Shown here: in pieces, positions 60,650 through 64,000 of the stretch | Layout of the letters: each line of letters opens with the position of its first letter | Numbering within the stretch: the stretch's first letter is position 1 | Source: Emiliania huxleyi CCMP1516 | Taxonomy: Eukaryota | Assembly (NCBI RefSeq): GCF_000372725.1 | Contig: NW_005201392.1 | Span: 190,521-254,520 of the forward strand | DNA length: 64,000 nt | Direction: 5' to 3' | Position numbers and translations under genes: made by a program | The notes under the pieces: model-generated | The model's input: the letters and a program-made list of their open reading frames with translations, nothing else | What the model was told of the DNA's origin: nothing | The model's database searches: none

Positions 60650-61100
60650 AGAGCGCGCCCGCCTTGCAAACATGGGCTGCAAGCAACGCGGGTTCCGTGG
60701 TCAACGGGCGTTCGACCACACCACCGGCCAAGGCTACGTCAAGTCACAGCGTGGCCACTACCATGATGGGATCTTCACCAAACGCAACAAGTTCAACCTG
60801 CTTCTCCACGAGACATTCGGCGGCGGCTTCTCGCCGCCAGCAGTTGCAAAGATCAACCGCCTTGCGCGCAAGGCTCAACGCTCGGGCGTTGACCGCACCG
60901 CGTACCCTCCCCACTCCCGCCTCTCATTTGTGTCACACCACGCGGAACGCATCTCCATCGCTTCGGTGAAGGGGGTGAACCGTGCCATCCTCGATCGCCG
61001 TGCAAAGCTCGCTTCCGAGCTCTCACGCCGCGCGTAGGGCCCTTAGGGGCCTAGAGAACACAACCCCCTCTCTCTTTTCTCCCAGTAAGCTAAAAGTACG
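60650..61100 (+). mobile_element. 3' end of a CRE-like non-LTR retrotransposon (5'-truncated)
   Basis: NMGCK...FDHTTGQGYVK...LLLHETFGGGFSP...HHAERISI is homologous to 12030-12400. The 3' UTR is shared with 7307-7410. Confidence 0.8.
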
Positions 61101-61145
61101 TACAAAGATACCGACGACGGGTCATATCTGGAGTCTTACACCACC

Positions 61146-63050
61146 ATGGGGCAACTACTCTCAGAGGATTACGCCGTCAGTCCCGTCTGGGACGGACAGC
61201 CAATCCTTGCGGGTGGCGGGACATGTGCTGCTTCTCAAGACGAAGCTGATTCAGACTGCAAACAGCAGGGAGACGGAGCGGAGAACTTCGCGGTGTCGTC
61301 GTGTTCGCTTCAAAGCCCGGGCGACTCAGAAACGAAGGGCCTTGCGGACTATGATGCGTGCCTCGCAAAGTGCACTGGCGAATCGGCTAGGTACATGGTT
61401 TTCACAATAGGATCGTCGACTGAGCCGTCGTCCTGCATTTGCTGGATCGACTCAGAATTCAAGCAGTCTTGCACGCAATACATCTTTAGGAACCCATACC
61501 TTACCCTTCCCGCTGGTTTCGATGGGGCGCAACTCGACGACAACTGCTTCGGCTGCGTCGCCGAGGAAGCGACGAAAAACTTCCATGAGTGCATCGGAGC
61601 GGCGGAGGGGGGCGGATCGCTCACGATTGCGCCAGCGCTCCCACCGTCGCCAAGTTCGCCACCATACCCGCCGCGGGCGCCCAAACTGCCCGACGGCGGG
61701 ACGCCGAGCGAGGTCACGGCCATCTTCACAGCAACTATCGACTGCGACCACGCCTTCAAAGAGCTCGCCAAAGCTGAGTTTGGCCAGGCGTGCAACGTTA
61801 ATCCAGACGACATCAGTGTCGGGTGCCAACACGAGACTCTGCTCTGTAATTCGGGCACGTGCAGTGAGGGGCGCCGCCTCGCTACAGCATCGCAAGAGGT
61901 GGTAGTCGTAATGAGGACGACAGAAGACAATCAGCAGAACAACGCGGCTGCCCGAACCTTCCTAGATGACGGCGCCGCAGAGAGTGCCTTCGGTTCCTCC
62001 ATCACGCGAGGCCGACTTTCGCGGCCGACACGGCACCTTCTACAACTTTTTCTCCGCGCCTGACTTCGGCGTCAACGTCAAGATGGAGGAGGCTCGCTTC
62101 TTCCTGCACGGGGACAAGCTGACCGTGGATGGCACCTTCATCACCGAGGCGCCTCCGCCTCCCCCCCACCCCTCCCCCCGTCCCGCGCGAGGCCCGTGTC
62201 ACCTTGCGCCGCGCGCCTAGGCGCACGTGGTCGTGCGCAACCGCAAGCTGGCTCAGACCAAGTGGGCCAACGCCTCCTACATCGCGGCGAATCTAAACGA
62301 CTTCAACACGGGCTGGGCGTTCGTCCAGGGCAGCTGCGGCGGCGCAAACTTCACGCGCGGGCTCGGCAGCCCCAAGAAGGTCTGCGGAGGGCTGACCGTC
62401 AAGACCACCTTTTCGGGCGCGTCCTTCACCGTCGGGAACTGGACGCTGACCGTCCACGGCAACTACGTCTATGGCCGCATCTCTGACCCCAGCACCGCCT
62501 TGACCTCGCCTTCAAGGCCCGCGGCGACGCGCCCGCGCGCTCAGTGCCGCATGGCATCGTCGGCCAGGTCAGAGAGAGAGGGGGGGGGAGAGGGAGAGCT
62601 TGCCGAGAATGGCAAAGAGATACAACATCTCCAGCGACACTGAGCGACTTGCGCCTTCTCCCGCTAGTCCTTCTCGTCGACGGCCCCGCGCCATGGGAAG
62701 AAGGACGTCTATCCCAAGGAGGGCCGCACCGTGACCTCTGCGATGGTTTTTGCATAGCCAGCGCTCAGCCACACAACCTCACAAGCACCTGCACTCTACG
62801 ATTGTGAAAGGGGGAGGGCGCGATCGAGGGACGTGCAGCACAGTACGAGGTCCCTGGGCCATTTGGGACGGACTTTGCTTTCTCCCGTTTCGAGGGCGGG
62901 CGAAGTGCACCCAGCCGGGGCGCTCGAGCCGGGCCGGGCCTCACCCCTGCACTCTCTGTCCTCTAGGCGCCGAGGCGACTGCACCTCGCGAGGCAGCACG
63001 CCTGGCCGACATGGAGGCCGCGGCCACAGAGCGGTCGGAGTGAGCGCCAT
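61146..63050 (+). pseudogene. Degraded extracellular protein: Cys-rich, Pro-rich, then a VWD-like domain; frameshifted
   Basis: ADFRGRHGTFYNFFSAP...VDGTFITEAHV...PHGIVGQ|SF pieces lie in different frames; the 5' end abuts the retroelement. Confidence 0.5.
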
Positions 63051-64000
63051 CCATGGCACCGCTTTTGCAACCCACTGGGCCTTGCACCTCTGCGGAGCGT
63101 GGTGCGAGAAGCAGGTGCGCTGTGGCGGTTTGCAAGGCGGTGTCGTACTGAGGGGGGCTGGGCGCTGCTCGCTTCCGGCGCTGCGCGCCTCCGTTTCTTC
63201 CCTGGTGGGGGGCGTGTGTTTCTTTCCCAACGCGCAACCCCCAAATTGATCGGTGAGGGAAACGGGCGGCATTTTCTACATCATCCCTCGCAGGTTGCGC
63301 GGTGTTTGTTCCCCCGATTCCACCACTCCTGGGTGGGGGTTTCTTTGCTTTTCTCGGGGGGTCTTNNNNNNNNNNNNNNNNNNNNNNNNNNNNNNNNNNN
63401 NNNNNNNNNNNNNNNNNNNNNNNNNNNNNNNNNNNNNNNNNNNNNNNNNNNNNNNNNNNNNNNNNTAGCCGCTTACAGTGCCTGGCCAGAGTGATTGCTT
63501 CACCAGAGCACGGCCTCGCCAGCGCACGGATGCGACAGCGCACGGCTGCGGGGGGGGGGGGGGCTTCGCCAACTTACCACCGCGGGCGGGCTGGGGCTCT
63601 GGGCGGGGAGTTAAGAGACTAGGTAAACAGCAATAGATCCGGCCCTCACGCGGCCTAATCGATACCCGGCCCTCACGGAATCGGTCCCAACACTACTGAT
63701 CTATCACAACACTACTGATATCCTGGTCATTAGCTGCCAGGGATAGCGTCAGGAGCCGGTAGGAGTCAAAACCCCTCATATTTGAGACATCGTGGCCCAT
63801 ATACTCGTGCAACGAGCCATGCAGGCGGCGAGCACCGAGTTTATGTGGCCGACGGCGTGGGCGTGGATCCGGCATCCGCGGGTCGCCTTGGACGTTGCCT
63901 TCCAGCCAGTGCAGCCATCCTCCGGCCGATGGCTGCGATGGCTGTGTCCCGGCCATACACCCGGCCGCATGATGGCTGTCATACAGCCGTCGTGCTACCC

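Noticed and set aside
63365..64000. ORFs spanning or following the second N-gap
   Set aside because: Gap-spanning or short, with no recognisable homology.

Overview
GC-rich, intron-containing eukaryotic DNA with two N-gaps and low-quality homopolymer tracts. The high GC content, frequent GC-AG introns and gene families suggest a haptophyte alga, probably an Emiliania/Gephyrocapsa huxleyi draft; this is inference. Recognisable genes: BBS8/TTC8, a VEFS-box+PHD protein, an OPR-RAP protein, RNase H2A, retinoblastoma-related protein, a GT2-sulfotransferase fusion, a DEAD-box helicase, a patatin/cPLA2-like lipase, an F-box protein, a 5'-truncated alpha-tubulin, a secreted Cys-rich/cupredoxin/acidic-repeat protein, a WBP4-like protein, a selenocysteine GPX with SECIS, an FkbM-like methyltransferase and a fucosyltransferase-like gene. 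Mobile DNA: a 6.2-kb hAT-like DNA transposon with TIRs, TSD and a spliced transposase, three CRE-like non-LTR retrotransposon pieces, several MITEs and a Pack-MULE-like element. Most notable: (i) many short introns are bounded by 8-24 bp near-perfect duplications of the adjacent exon, and one predicted intron is a 66/66 inverted copy of a downstream exon of the same gene, pointing to recent intron gain; (ii) a TIGR04283-like (arsenosugar-associated) glycosyltransferase is spliced in frame to a sulfotransferase. All splice models and domain calls were made by eye, without transcript data or database searches.
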